From Basidiobolus meristosporus CBS 931.73 (lineage: Eukaryota > Fungi > Basidiobolomycota), in assembly GCA_002104905.1 (NCBI GenBank), contig MCFE01000124.1:62001-126000 (forward strand): DNA of 64,000 nucleotides, read 5' to 3'. The notes under the pieces are model-generated. The model worked only from the letters and a program-made list of their open reading frames with translations. It was not told where the DNA came from and did not search any database. Position 1 is the stretch's first letter. Every line of letters begins with the position of its first letter. The translations under genes and the position numbers were made by a program. Below are positions 12,790-24,104 of this stretch, piece after piece.

Positions 12790-14190
12790 TGTTACAAGTC
12801 TTGGTACAAGAGTTGTAGAGGAATACGGAGTTTAGCTAGTATTGTATTCACTAAAACTTGAACTGATTTTATTGAGGTTCCAGCAGCTCCTTATATACAT
12901 TTTGCCAGATCAATTGCTGCCTAATTGTATTTCCTAATGTAGGTTGTAGCTGTTGACTCATTCAATTGCATCATCATCACCCCATAAGATCCTACTTAAT
13001 AAATCTTTTTCTGTCTGATAAGGATCTGCTGATTCATTTGCTGACTAATGCTACTGATTTGATAGATAATACTAATATACTGATAACCTAAACATATACT
13101 AATTGATTTGACTAAAAACTGAACTAACTTAAACATTCAAGCAGCAGATCATGACATTTCCCCTACTAAAGTTGAGGGGGTTCTCCTGAATCTCTTTTCT
13201 TGTGATACCAATATCTTGATGGTTCAGTATTATCAGCAAGTCTTGCAAGCTTGAGTCTGTTGCTACGCACTAAGTCTTCCCGGATATTGCCTTGTTTGTC
13301 TACTAGTTGGTAAGTTGCAAATGGACATTCTCTGATGATCTTGAATGGTTCCGTCCATTGTGGCTCAAACTTCTTTCAAGTGTTGTTTCTTAGCAATACA
13401 AAGTTCCCAACTGTCAATGCTTCTGGTGCTATAGTCTTATCAAATATCTGCTTCATCTTTTCTGCACTTTGAGATACTTTGGTCTTTGCCTCTTGACATC
13501 TTTGTTCCAGTTGCTGGTGTCTACTTGGGTGACTGAGTTCATCTTCTAAGGTGTCTGTAAGCTTTGGTTGTGTGAGATCTCCTTGAATCCTTGGTACACA
13601 TCCATACACTAAGTAAAATGATGATTGCTGGGTGGTGTTGTGTACTCTGACTCTGCATGCAAAGAGTGCTTGGTCTGTATACTCATCCCATCTTCTGACA
13701 ACTCTATTTGCATACTTGGTCTGCATTGTTCCAAATAATCCATTAAACTGCTCAGTGACTCCATTAGTTATGGGGTAATATGCCAAGGTTTTCAAGTGTC
13801 TGATCTGCTGCATTTCCAGGTAAGCCTCTAATGTCTATGCCATGAAGTTTGCTCCTCCATTAGATAAGATCTCCACAGGGCATCCAAACTTCATCAGGAT
13901 CTCATGGTAAATGAAACTTGCACCTTCTTGTTCACTGGCTATTGGTACAGCTTTAGCAACTGGCCATTTAGTGGCATGGTCAATTGCTACTAGGATCCAA
14001 TGGTTGCATTTCCTGGTGGTTGGCAGTCTTCCAATAAAGCCAATTCCCCATCTTTCAAATGGTCTTACAGGCCCTAAAGGGAAGAGTTTGGCAATTCTTT
14101 GTGGCCAGCCTTGATTGACTTGGCAGTTTAGGCATGTTTTCACTATCCTCTCAATATCTTGTTTCATTCTGGGCCACCATGCTCCCCCGC
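12790..14190 (-). mobile_element. Ty3/Gypsy 3' end: integrase relic, PPT and 367-bp 3' LTR (13156 to 12790)
   Basis: WWPRMKQDIERIVKTCLNCQ, PFERWGIGFIGRLP, WILVAIDHATKWPVAKAV, YYPITNGVTEQFNG; PPT AGTAGGGGAAA then TGTCATG...GTAACA. Confidence 0.88.
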
Positions 14191-16708
14191 TGTATTTGCT
14201 TATCAACAGTTACCTTGGGTATCCCACATATAGTTCAAATCAAAAAAACTATGGCCTCCTACTTACTTACCTCTACAAATGTGCACACCTGCTGCAACTG
14301 ACATACTTTTATCACCTCAACTTTACAGCTTTTAGTGTGACAATTGTAAAGTTGCGTTATACCTTGTACTGCTGATTACATACACATCTTGCAAACATAT
14401 GCTTAGTTGTTGCCACTTCTGCCACAAATACCTCCCAAATATCTGCAAAGAGCTTTTTGGTATTTAGCCAATATGTTCCTTCTCCCTGCTAGATTCTAGT
14501 CCCCCTTATACATGTGCTCAGGCTTTTGTTTTTGTGAATTCTGTATTGAATGGTGTAGAAGTTGGCTTGTGACCATGAGAAATCCAGCATACCCTAGTTG
14601 AGTTTTCCTGATAAAAATTAGTTGCTTGTTGCAACCAACCTACCTTTGCATTAATTAATTGATAACCCATGTTTGGGGCTGCTTAGCTTCTTAATGTCAT
14701 AGGCATAGGTGTCTCTATGTGCACATTTGTCCTCAGTATTTTCTAACTATTCCTGGCTGTCCTCCATGTGCCAAATCATCACATCCATGACAGACTTGAA
14801 GGTAATATTACTGATGAGATTGGGATATGGTAGTACCTGCAACTTGACTTGTCTTCCTATCTCCCCACACATCCACTCCATAGGAAACTTCCAAGTGGTG
14901 AAGTAAGGCCCAATATTCTCCACACACTATGCAAGATGCAGTAGTGGCAGAGATCAACAGGTTCAGCTTTATGTTTGTAGTATAGCCGCTCAAATCCCAT
15001 CACAAACTCTTTGTACAACAGCTGTAGACTTGTCAAGCTAACATTGGAGATCTGCTTGTAAACAAATACTCCTACATTGTCCACATATGACTCCCAATGC
15101 TTCCAATGTACTCTTGGTAGGAATGGCTTCAGAATGCCACTTGAATAAATACATATCCAGTTCATCCAGTCTTTGCATTTGTATTGTTGCATATGCGTAT
15201 GAATATTAATTGGAGCTTGTGAGAAGTACTTGGGGTAGCAGAAACTCTGTAATATCTTGCCAATTTTTACAAATTTCTCCAGTAGCTCAAAGGGCTCATT
15301 TTGCTAGAAATGACCCATGCACAACCTGGTCATCATTATGGGGATATTGTTGAAAAGCAAATGCATTGCTCCCAGTGGAAAGTTTTTGCTCCAACAGATA
15401 CCCTCCATCTTAAGTCTCTCTAGTTTCCTATTTATTCCATATTGCAACCAATGGCTTGTAGCTTGCCAACTTTGCTGCAATTGCATGCTAACCTATGTAG
15501 GTTCTCTCTGTGGAAAGATGATGTGCTTAGTGCTGGTGTTTGGGTAATAATTATGTGTGTGAGTTGAGAAGAAAGGCCCCTGGATCTCACACATTCATCA
15601 GCAATACCATCCATTGTTCCTGGAAAAACCTGCTATCTTGCTGATGGCTGGGATATGTCCAATGCAGATAATAATATGCGCTTTTACATGACGGCCATTT
15701 ACTGTTATCCTGCTGGAAAGCATACAAAATTCATCCAGCAATGGATACAGGTAGCTAGCCAGGCTAGATGGTGATTTAGGCCCAGATACCAGTGGGACTA
15801 CCATCAGATTATTGCTCTGCTACCCTAAGATGGGTGGCAGATTCAGATTGATGGGTATCAGTGGCTAGCAAGATTTGCTGGTAGAGTACTTGTTTAATGA
15901 AAATCCATCAAGTGATAAAGCAAAGGCATAGTCATACATACCTTCAAGGTAGCCCTTGCTTCTTAGCTGTTTGTAATGTTTGCACTAAACATATGGGATA
16001 TATTTGCGCTTGATTGCTGCTGAGTGCAATACTGTATAGCTTTTCAATATTTGTTGGACTGCATCAGAGTCCTCAGATGGGGTATGACTGAAATATATCC
16101 AGAGCATAATCAATGTTTTCCCTCAACGGTGGTAGATTCCTGATAGTTTGGGCACATTGCAATAGTAGCATTTTCAGATGTGAATGCCATGCAACTGTTA
16201 TCACATGCTGGAATCAGGAGAGTCTCTGGATCATATGTTGCCAGCCGCATGACGGTTGTTCACTTGTACCATTTACATGGTAAGTTACATCCTGGTATGA
16301 TTTTGGCAAAAAGTAGTAATAAATCCTCAAAGCCCCCATTACTGATATTAGTGGAAATACACCACTTCTCTAGCCACAACATTATATCATTTACCAGTAG
16401 ATGAATCACTGGGCTCTCTTGGCTCCATAAAGTATCCTTGGCATTTGTTTCAATGGGTGTTGTCTCATTGCATATAGGGATTTGACTGGGCTCATATATG
16501 GTACTGTAGTTAGGGGAGATAGGCTCAAAATCCATCAGTGAACCTTCTTTATAAGAGCTATTACTCTGCATGCCATATTCAGAAGGCTGAGGTGAGCCTA
16601 AAGGCATCTCAAGCTCACTGGACTCAGTTTGTGCAAGGTGGCAAAGACAGCCAGGTGCCAACATAGAAGTAACAACAGGCTGGCAAGATAATGTTGGTAC
16701 AAGAGTGA
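14190..16708 (-). mobile_element. CMC/CACTA tnp2 transposase relic, copy 2 (more complete)
   Basis: FALSLDGF..LNLPP..NLMVVPLVSGPKSPSSLASYLYPLLDEF..HIIICIGHIPAISKIAGFSRNNGWYC; colinear with 1320-2860. Confidence 0.85.
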
Positions 16709-18752
16709 CCAATCAGTACTATCCCATAAGCTGGCTGACTATCACAGCTGCTTGCCTTAGTGCATAAGTTATCCCTCACTTTATACAAGATCACTAGCTA
16801 TGAATGCTTCTATATCAGGTAAGTACCCATGCCAGTACCAGTGGCACATGACTAGTCTGTATCACCATTGCTGCCATTTTTGCATCATATATGGTATCCC
16901 TATGTTACACAGGTTTCATAGTACCAATCTCTGATTGGTTGGATATTCTGTGCCTCTTGGAACCTTCTGGTGTGATAGTGTATAAGTCAGAAGGGCAAAA
17001 TATGGCCAACACTTCTCAAGTGTGTATGTGTGTGGGGTGTTCACTGGGTGCAATAACCTCTGGCAAAAGCTTGCTAGGAATACTGGGTCTTTTATCTAAT
17101 CTAATGTGAAGGGGAATAAAGCCACAAGCTTGTTAAGGGAAAACTATTGAGCTATAATCCCCAACTTAGTTGGCATCTTAACAAAAGTTTATACTGGCTT
17201 CAACGTCCTTTGAGATGACAGTGTACTAAAGCTTCCAAAGTCAAAACAACTGTAAACACCACCAATGGGGACCTGATAATAATGCAGCTTTGACCAATAG
17301 TTACAAAGACTGAAAAGTATCTTTGCCTATACAGGAACAAACTTGGGAAAACAATCAAACATAATAAAAGATACTTACCCTGAGTACTCCTCACAAGTAG
17401 TGCCTCCAAGGTCAGTTGGCTGTCAGCGCAGTTTCCTGGGGTCATTGTCAGGTCTGAGTCAGAAAGTAGTGTTAATAGGCAGCAGTGATCTCACTAATCA
17501 ATAAGTTGGAATATTGGAAGAGGGATGATTTATTTGTAAGGGATAGCCTCCCTTAAATACCTTTTTGCTGCTCAGATTCTTGCTAGAAAATACTTTCCAG
17601 AAGTTTCCAGAAGTTGGTAAAGAGCCAATCATGTCACTGTACACTAAAAACAGCCCAAATTCTTGGCAAATTGTTCCATGAGACACAGTAGTACCTAGTC
17701 AATCAGCTAGTGGTAATATGAAACCTTTGTGTCATGTAGTTACCTCATATGGTGGTGGGATAGCAAGGTTATGAAACCAAGGAAGTCACATGACATAGGC
17801 ACTGTTGGGGGTACTTGCCTTATATGGTACATATCTTTTCTTGGCATCTTGGCAAGGAATAGGATAACTTGTGCAATGGGTTAATAGTGACAAATAGTTT
17901 GCCAGGTCACATTAGTAATCATATAGACAGATAGAAGATATTGCAATTTGGGATGATACTAATATAGGGGGGGTAATCTTTTTTAGGGAAGTGAGTGTAA
18001 GGGAATGAGCACACCAGCCTTTGGGTGTCACTATGACCCCACTACACTGGCATATACTTAGAACATTCTTAGGTCATTCTGATGTCATCAAGAGTTCTAT
18101 TGATGTCTGGAACCTTCTGGAACACCATGATTAGTAATCACTTAGCCAGTGAGAAAAGTATATAAGGGAGGCTATCCCTCAACAATAAATCATCATCCCT
18201 TTTATCAATATACCAGCTTGTTGATTAGTGTGATCACTGCTACCTGCTGCTACCTGAACTTCCAACCCTAGACCACAGGACACTCCCAGGAAACCACGCT
18301 GACAGCCAACTGACCTTAGAGGCACTACTTGTGAGGAATACTCAGAGTAGGTATCTTTTATTATATTTGATTCTTTCCCAAGTTTGTTCTTGTACAGGCA
18401 AAGATACTTTTCTGTCTTTGTAACTATTGACCACAGCTGCATTCTTATCAAGTCCCTGCTGGTGGAGTTTACAGTTGTTTTGACTTTGGAAGCTTTAGTA
18501 CATTGTCATCTCAGAGGACGCTGAACCTAGCACATACTTTTGTTAAGATGCCAATTAAGTTGGGGATTGTAGCTCAATAGTTTTCCCTTGACAAGCTTGT
18601 GGCTTTATCTTCCTTCACATTAGATTAGAAACAGAACCCAAGTATTCCTAGCAAGCTTTTGCCAGAGGTTATTGCACCCAGTGAACACCCCACACACAAA
18701 ACACTTGAGAAGTGTTGGACGTATCTCTCCCATGGACCTATACACCACCACA
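16709..18752 (+). mobile_element. 5'-truncated LTR (1.07-kb family) interrupted by an inverted solo LTR
   Basis: 16709-16970 plus 18047-18752 align with ~30097-31060; ends CACCACCACA at 18752; TATATAAGG near 18160. Confidence 0.88.
16971..18046 (-). mobile_element. Solo LTR, 1076 bp, 4-bp TSD CTGG
   Basis: TG...CA ends; CTGG at 16967-16970 and 18047-18050; reverse-complement homolog of 29990-31060. Confidence 0.9.
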
Positions 18753-19997
18753 GCATGTCAGCAAGGACTACAAAGACATAATCTGCTTTAAACAAAGAGG
18801 GAAGTATCCAAAACACATTGTTACAAACAAGCAGAAGAGAGACTTTTGAAAGATATGGTGTCAGTACAAAGTACAAGAAAACCAATTATGGCTCCTCCAA
18901 GGACAGTTCAGAGTTGAGGTACCCCCAATAACTGCCTGCAAAGATATCATACAAGAAAGACATATGTCATTAGGACACACTAAACCTCTAACAACATACA
19001 AGATGTTAAGAAAGACATTTTATTGGAAAAAAATGATGACCAATGTTGTGAATACGCTACAAAGATGCTCCACCTGCAAAAGATTTAACCAAAGTCAAAA
19101 GATAGGGACAACCACACCAATACCGCTTGACCTACCCTTCTATTAGGTAGGGATTGACTTTGTTGGGCCCTTTATGAAAACAAAGAAAGGAGAACAATAC
19201 ATAATAATTGCTACCAATTATTTCTCAAAGTGGGTAGAAGCCCAAGCCGTCCAAAATAAAGACCAGAAGACCACCGCCCAATTCATTCTAGAACATCTCA
19301 TCTGCTGGCATGGATATCCTCAGATAATCCTGTCCAACAATGGTGGCTCCTTCCTGAACAACACCGTGGCCCACTTGTGCAAAATGATGGGCATGAAACT
19401 GGTCTTCACGGCCGCATATCACCCCCAGACCAACAGATTAACCAAGAGGATGAACCAGACGTGTTGCCATATACTAGAGAAGCTCCACTGGGAACTACCC
19501 CAATCATAGGCCAAGCTACTCCCACTGACACTCCTAGCAATGCATTCAATACCAAATAAAACAACAGGTTTCTCCCTGTACAAAGTTCTGTATTGACAAA
19601 GGCCCAAGTGGCGTGAAGAAGCTGGATTGACAATGGAAGGTGTCCCCTCGACAACACATAACAACTATGTAGAAAGGTTGATACATCATATTGCCCACCT
19701 ATACATAAAAGTATTCAAAAATGTCAACAAGCACCTTCCCCCCTACCCAAAAATGAGAAACTAACGGGACAAAAGTGGAAACCAGATAATAAAGTGTTGT
19801 ACAATCAAACCATTGCAGGCCTCAAGTTTTGCCCACAATTTACACCCCAATGGATTGGCCCTTGCACTGTCATTAGCTTGGACCATGGGCCAAAGTACAC
19901 CATTACCCTGAATAACAAGACAATCAGCAACGTAGTGCCAGCCCATCTGAAACCGTTTCACAATGAGCCACCAATCATCACTGAAACCAAAGTGTGA
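18753..19997 (+). mobile_element. Gypsy/Ginger-type integrase relic
   Basis: YPYY-like motif (YKDII.F..RGKYP), HHCC zinc finger (HMSLGH..FYW..CSTC), core (GIDFVGP, YIIIATNYFSKWVEAQAV, AYHPQTNRLTKRMNQT), GPY/F-like (PQWIGPCTV..HLKPF). Confidence 0.9.
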
Positions 19998-21294
19998 TTA
20001 AACAATTATCAGGACAAGGATAGAGGAAGACACAGGATACATGCAAAGTTTATTGGAGGAGATTTTAGTCAATATAGGCACAAATGATATGCACAAGGAA
20101 GTTTGCCCAAAGGGGAGAACAATAGAATGCATATGGAAAGTGCCAAAGGAAACAGTTCACCCAAAATGGCAATACCCCTCCCACCAGCAAGAACCAAGAT
20201 GATATCAACAACAAAACCAACCTGCAAGTGTTGTGAGATATGGTACAAGTGTTATGTGCGACAAGAGTCACCTATGAAGAGTTGTTTGCCGGAGCAGACA
20301 TGTTGATACAAGACACAATCAGAGAGGGACAAGACAAGTTACCCACACCAATATAAAGCATGGAGATACTACCCAAGAAGACCGTGTACCACCTAAGAGG
20401 AAGTTCCTTGATCATTAACAAGAAGGATGCCGCACTGATTCCCATATCCATACTGGACACGGTCAGACAGAAGACACAAGGAATCAACTGTTGCGCCCTC
20501 ACAAGACCTTGAGAGCCCCCCTGTGTTGTTGCATACTTGCCATTGATAGGTACCACAGTTGTTGAGGTATACAAATACCTGGTAAAAGCCGCAAGAGCAC
20601 CAGTAGTAGAACTCCCAATTGAAGGACTCCTCCAAGAAATTTGCAAACATCTCAAACCAATTTCCAAGAAGGAACCATTGTAGAGAAGATATTCAAATGG
20701 ATTAAATACACCAGCCGGTTAACCCATGCAATCCCCCAAGTTGCTGTGTTACAACTATTACAGTGGCTTACCATAGGACAACTCAGGAACCAGTATAAAG
20801 TCCAACTCCAAGAAGCCAAAGAAACTGCCGCAGACTCTGTAGAAACCATGAGGCAAGTACAAAAGCGCCTCAATTGCGCCACAGTTTCTACAGAAGAACT
20901 ATAATACGTCTTGGAAGAAGCAAAAACTTGTTACCAACAACAGGTGACTGCCAACCAAGTGTACGCCCTCTTCAAAAGGTCCCTTGCAGTCATATTGAAC
21001 ACAAAAAGGACAAGCCCTGACAATGTTTGCAAGATAAAGAAGCAAGACTTTATTGTGCTATTGCACCTTTTCTTGTTCTCCAACCCTCCTGAGGAACTTA
21101 CCCAGAACCCTATGGTTTGCCAACTATTTGGCTCTGTGGAAAACATCCCTCAAGCAATGCAAGCCGCACCCCACTCTGCCACCAAGTGGTATCAGGTATT
21201 TGCCTGCAACCCCCTTGCAAGTGACAACCAGCAATGGTACTATGGTGACTCCCTATGCTCTGTGAGCAAAATTGACCCTGGAGAAGCAAGTTAG
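19998..21294 (+). pseudogene. Unknown ~430-codon decayed ORF directly 3' of the integrase
   Basis: Long open stretches linked by isolated stops and about two frameshifts (ORFs 20641-20904 and 20911-21294 share a frame); same A-rich bias as the integrase; no recognisable domain. Confidence 0.5.
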
Positions 21295-21889
21295 TCAAAA
21301 GAACTTTGAGGACAAGGCTCCCTCTTAACCCCTGGGATACGTGAGTACTAAATGCAGTACCCACTCTTTGCCCAATAGTTCTCCCCAGAGTCCTACCCAA
21401 AGTCCCCCAGTATCCTCCCTATGATTCCCCCACGCACCCTCCCTCCTATCCCTGCCCTTATCTAGTGTGAATACTTACCATAACAGGAAGGTGTTCACAC
21501 CCCTATTTTATAACACATTGTCTATTATCTAAGCCCCCAAGTGATATATATATCTACCCAATTGAACCAAGTGAGGAAACAGAGGATTTGGACAAAATAA
21601 ACACAAGCATTTATTACCTTGCTACCTTCTATTGGAAGCTACTCTGAACCAAGTGGTACTGACTTGACCTACAAGCTCTCCCACTCATCAAGTACAGTCA
21701 GTAATAACCCACATGCTCTACCCTCACTCTGAAATGATTAAATATCTCATTGTAGAGCTTCTGCTTCCTGCCAAGCGCACCATTCCTTGGCTTCCTATAA
21801 GCTGTAACACATCCTAATCTGTGACAATCCTCTCCTATATAGGCTAAGTCTGCCATACACTTCTCCCCTCTACTGAATTCTTGATGATT

Positions 21890-24104
21890 AGACTTGTTCC
21901 ATTGGATAGTGCCACATAGTGCCAGCCTGTTTATAGTGCCGGATCGATCTGGCACCCTACGGCACTATCTGGCACTATCCAAGATGCATCATGCATAATA
22001 TATGTAAAATTCAACAATCACTTTAGTTTTCATATATATTTCATATAAGACCAGGTTGATGCCAATATACTGCTGTATAAGTATCCAAATCCATTGCTAT
22101 GATCCCCATACCAAGCCTCAACTCATCTTTAGTACAACCCAGACAAAACCCATCCCCCAGCTCACCAGCACGGTCCGGACCAAAAAAGTCGATGTTGGAT
22201 CTGTTCAAGTTCACGCCAAATGATTTTAGTATGGCCCAAGTGTCTATGATGAGCCTTCATACAGATATTTGGGCACTACTGATTAATCTAGCAGAACTAG
22301 ATACCTCAGAGAGTTGACAAAGATGGAAGAATTTGAGTAGAAAGCTGTGGCATGAGTTCTACATCAAGATGCCAGCCAATGTATGTAAAAATATATATAA
22401 CAAGACAAGTATTGAAATCAAGAATGAGCTGAGAGTGAGGGGATTTGACAAAGAAGCCGCGCAGGAACAATTTTGCGCGCAATTTGCACAGTACAGGCCG
22501 GACGCATCCGTTTGTGCCTCAACGTTGGGAACCAAAGAGATTTTGAATGAGTTTTTGCCTCAAATGACTAATGTACTACGTGATATATTAGTAGAGCTAA
22601 GTGGCTTCCAAGAGCAATATACACAGGACTCATCCAGGCAACAGCTCCAAAGTATCAGACAGAGGGTAAGTGAATACCTTGAGGAATCAGATGGTGAGCT
22701 TCAGGAGGAAGAATACAGACCGCAAGCAACATCGTCCAGATTGCACCAGCACGCCTTGCTGGATTCCCTACCATCTCTTGCAACCACAGCGCGCCGGTGC
22801 ACATCAGTCCAGAGTACGCCAACACCCTTTACCAGAACGCCCCGCGTCAAGTCAACGCGCATTGAGTCAACGCGTGTCGGGTCAACGCGTGCGCTTCAGA
22901 GCAAAACTACGAGAACTTGCCAAACTGCTCATTTAGACACGAGTCCATTGGAGCGGACCAAGTTGCGTCAACATGCGGCATCACATCAAACTCAGCCAAG
23001 GGCCATCTCAATGCGTCAAGGCGCGCCTGCACGTGCCGTCTTGCCTGACCATCAGCGAGTTACTTCTGGTGAACTGACTGATGATGGCCAACATGTGGTG
23101 CCTCAACCACCGGAGCCCTTGGCAAGTAAAAGAACACGTCAGCACGTGGCACTACAGGCCGGTTCAGTTGGTTCAGTCGGAGCAATTCAGCGCGGCCAAG
23201 CTGCAGCATTGCACTCATCAACTAGGAGGCAAAATACTGACTACAAATACACAAGTAGCCAAGATGATAGTCAGCCAGGAAGTAGTATAGGTGTGCAAAG
23301 TGAGTCACTAGCAAATGCTTCAGTAGTAATCCCTGTGAGAAAAAAACCCAGGAGAAGATGATGCGATTGCTTTGAATTGCTCAAATTTGTAATGATCCCA
23401 ACAACCCTTTTTTTTTGAGATCCAAATGAAGCCATCGCAAATCAGTGATCATCAAATTTTTGATATAAGTAATATCAAGGTTGTCTCACATTTGAGACAG
23501 AACCCCTATAAATAAACACCCTGCATATATATATGTCATCTGTACTACCAGTGCAGCTATTGGATCTGATTTGCACCTACACAATCGCTTGAGTGCTAGC
23601 TATGACACCTTGTCCAATCACTAGGATCAGGGATTTACTTGCTCAATTGGCAAAATGGGAGATTTAATGGCAAATCAGATAGCTTTTACAGTAGTCAATG
23701 AGCCAATTGGGGGCTGGCAGCTTCAGGATACTTTTGGACCAATTAACCACTGAGATACCGTCCAATTGGAGTGAGGGTAACCAAAATGGTAAGTATCAGT
23801 GTTGTTTACAGTGTGATACACATTTATTTCCATTTACATTAAAGAATCATATCCAAATACCGGATTTTACCTGCCATTATAGCGGTATCCAATTGCGCAC
23901 GTGATGCAAACATTACAAGTTGGCGCAATCATCCGCGCCAACCTCATCGTGTCAGATTGTGCCATAGTGTGCGAGATTGTCCCGCATAGTGCAAAATCGT
24001 CCAAGAACAATCCTGCCTTCTGGTAGCTATAATATTGCGCCCAATTGTTCTTTGCAACCGCAGATTGCGCCACGCGCCCTGGCACAGTACAATGGAACAA
24101 GTCT
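21890..24104. mobile_element. Young non-autonomous PHIS derivative (2215 bp): transposase deleted, ORF2 retained, TSD ATT
   Basis: Perfect 15-bp TIRs AGACTTGTTCCATTG; ATT at 21887-21889 and 24105-24107; excision restores gatgATTcactaccc (compare ~3607). Confidence 0.95.
22099..23361 (+). CDS. Transposon accessory protein (ORF2), ~420 aa, SAP-like motif and C-terminal NLS; one in-frame TGA at 22315-22317
   Basis: 22099-22317 and 22333-23361 are in frame; copies at 4506 and 25000 read CAA at the TGA position; KTSIEIKNELRVRGF; C-terminal VRKKPRRR. Confidence 0.65.

Noticed and set aside
23867-24100. 77-aa minus-strand ORF open in three copies of the PHIS right end
   Set aside because: It begins inside the TIR at a non-ATG codon in two copies; persistence is explained by shared descent and a motif-rich subterminal sequence.
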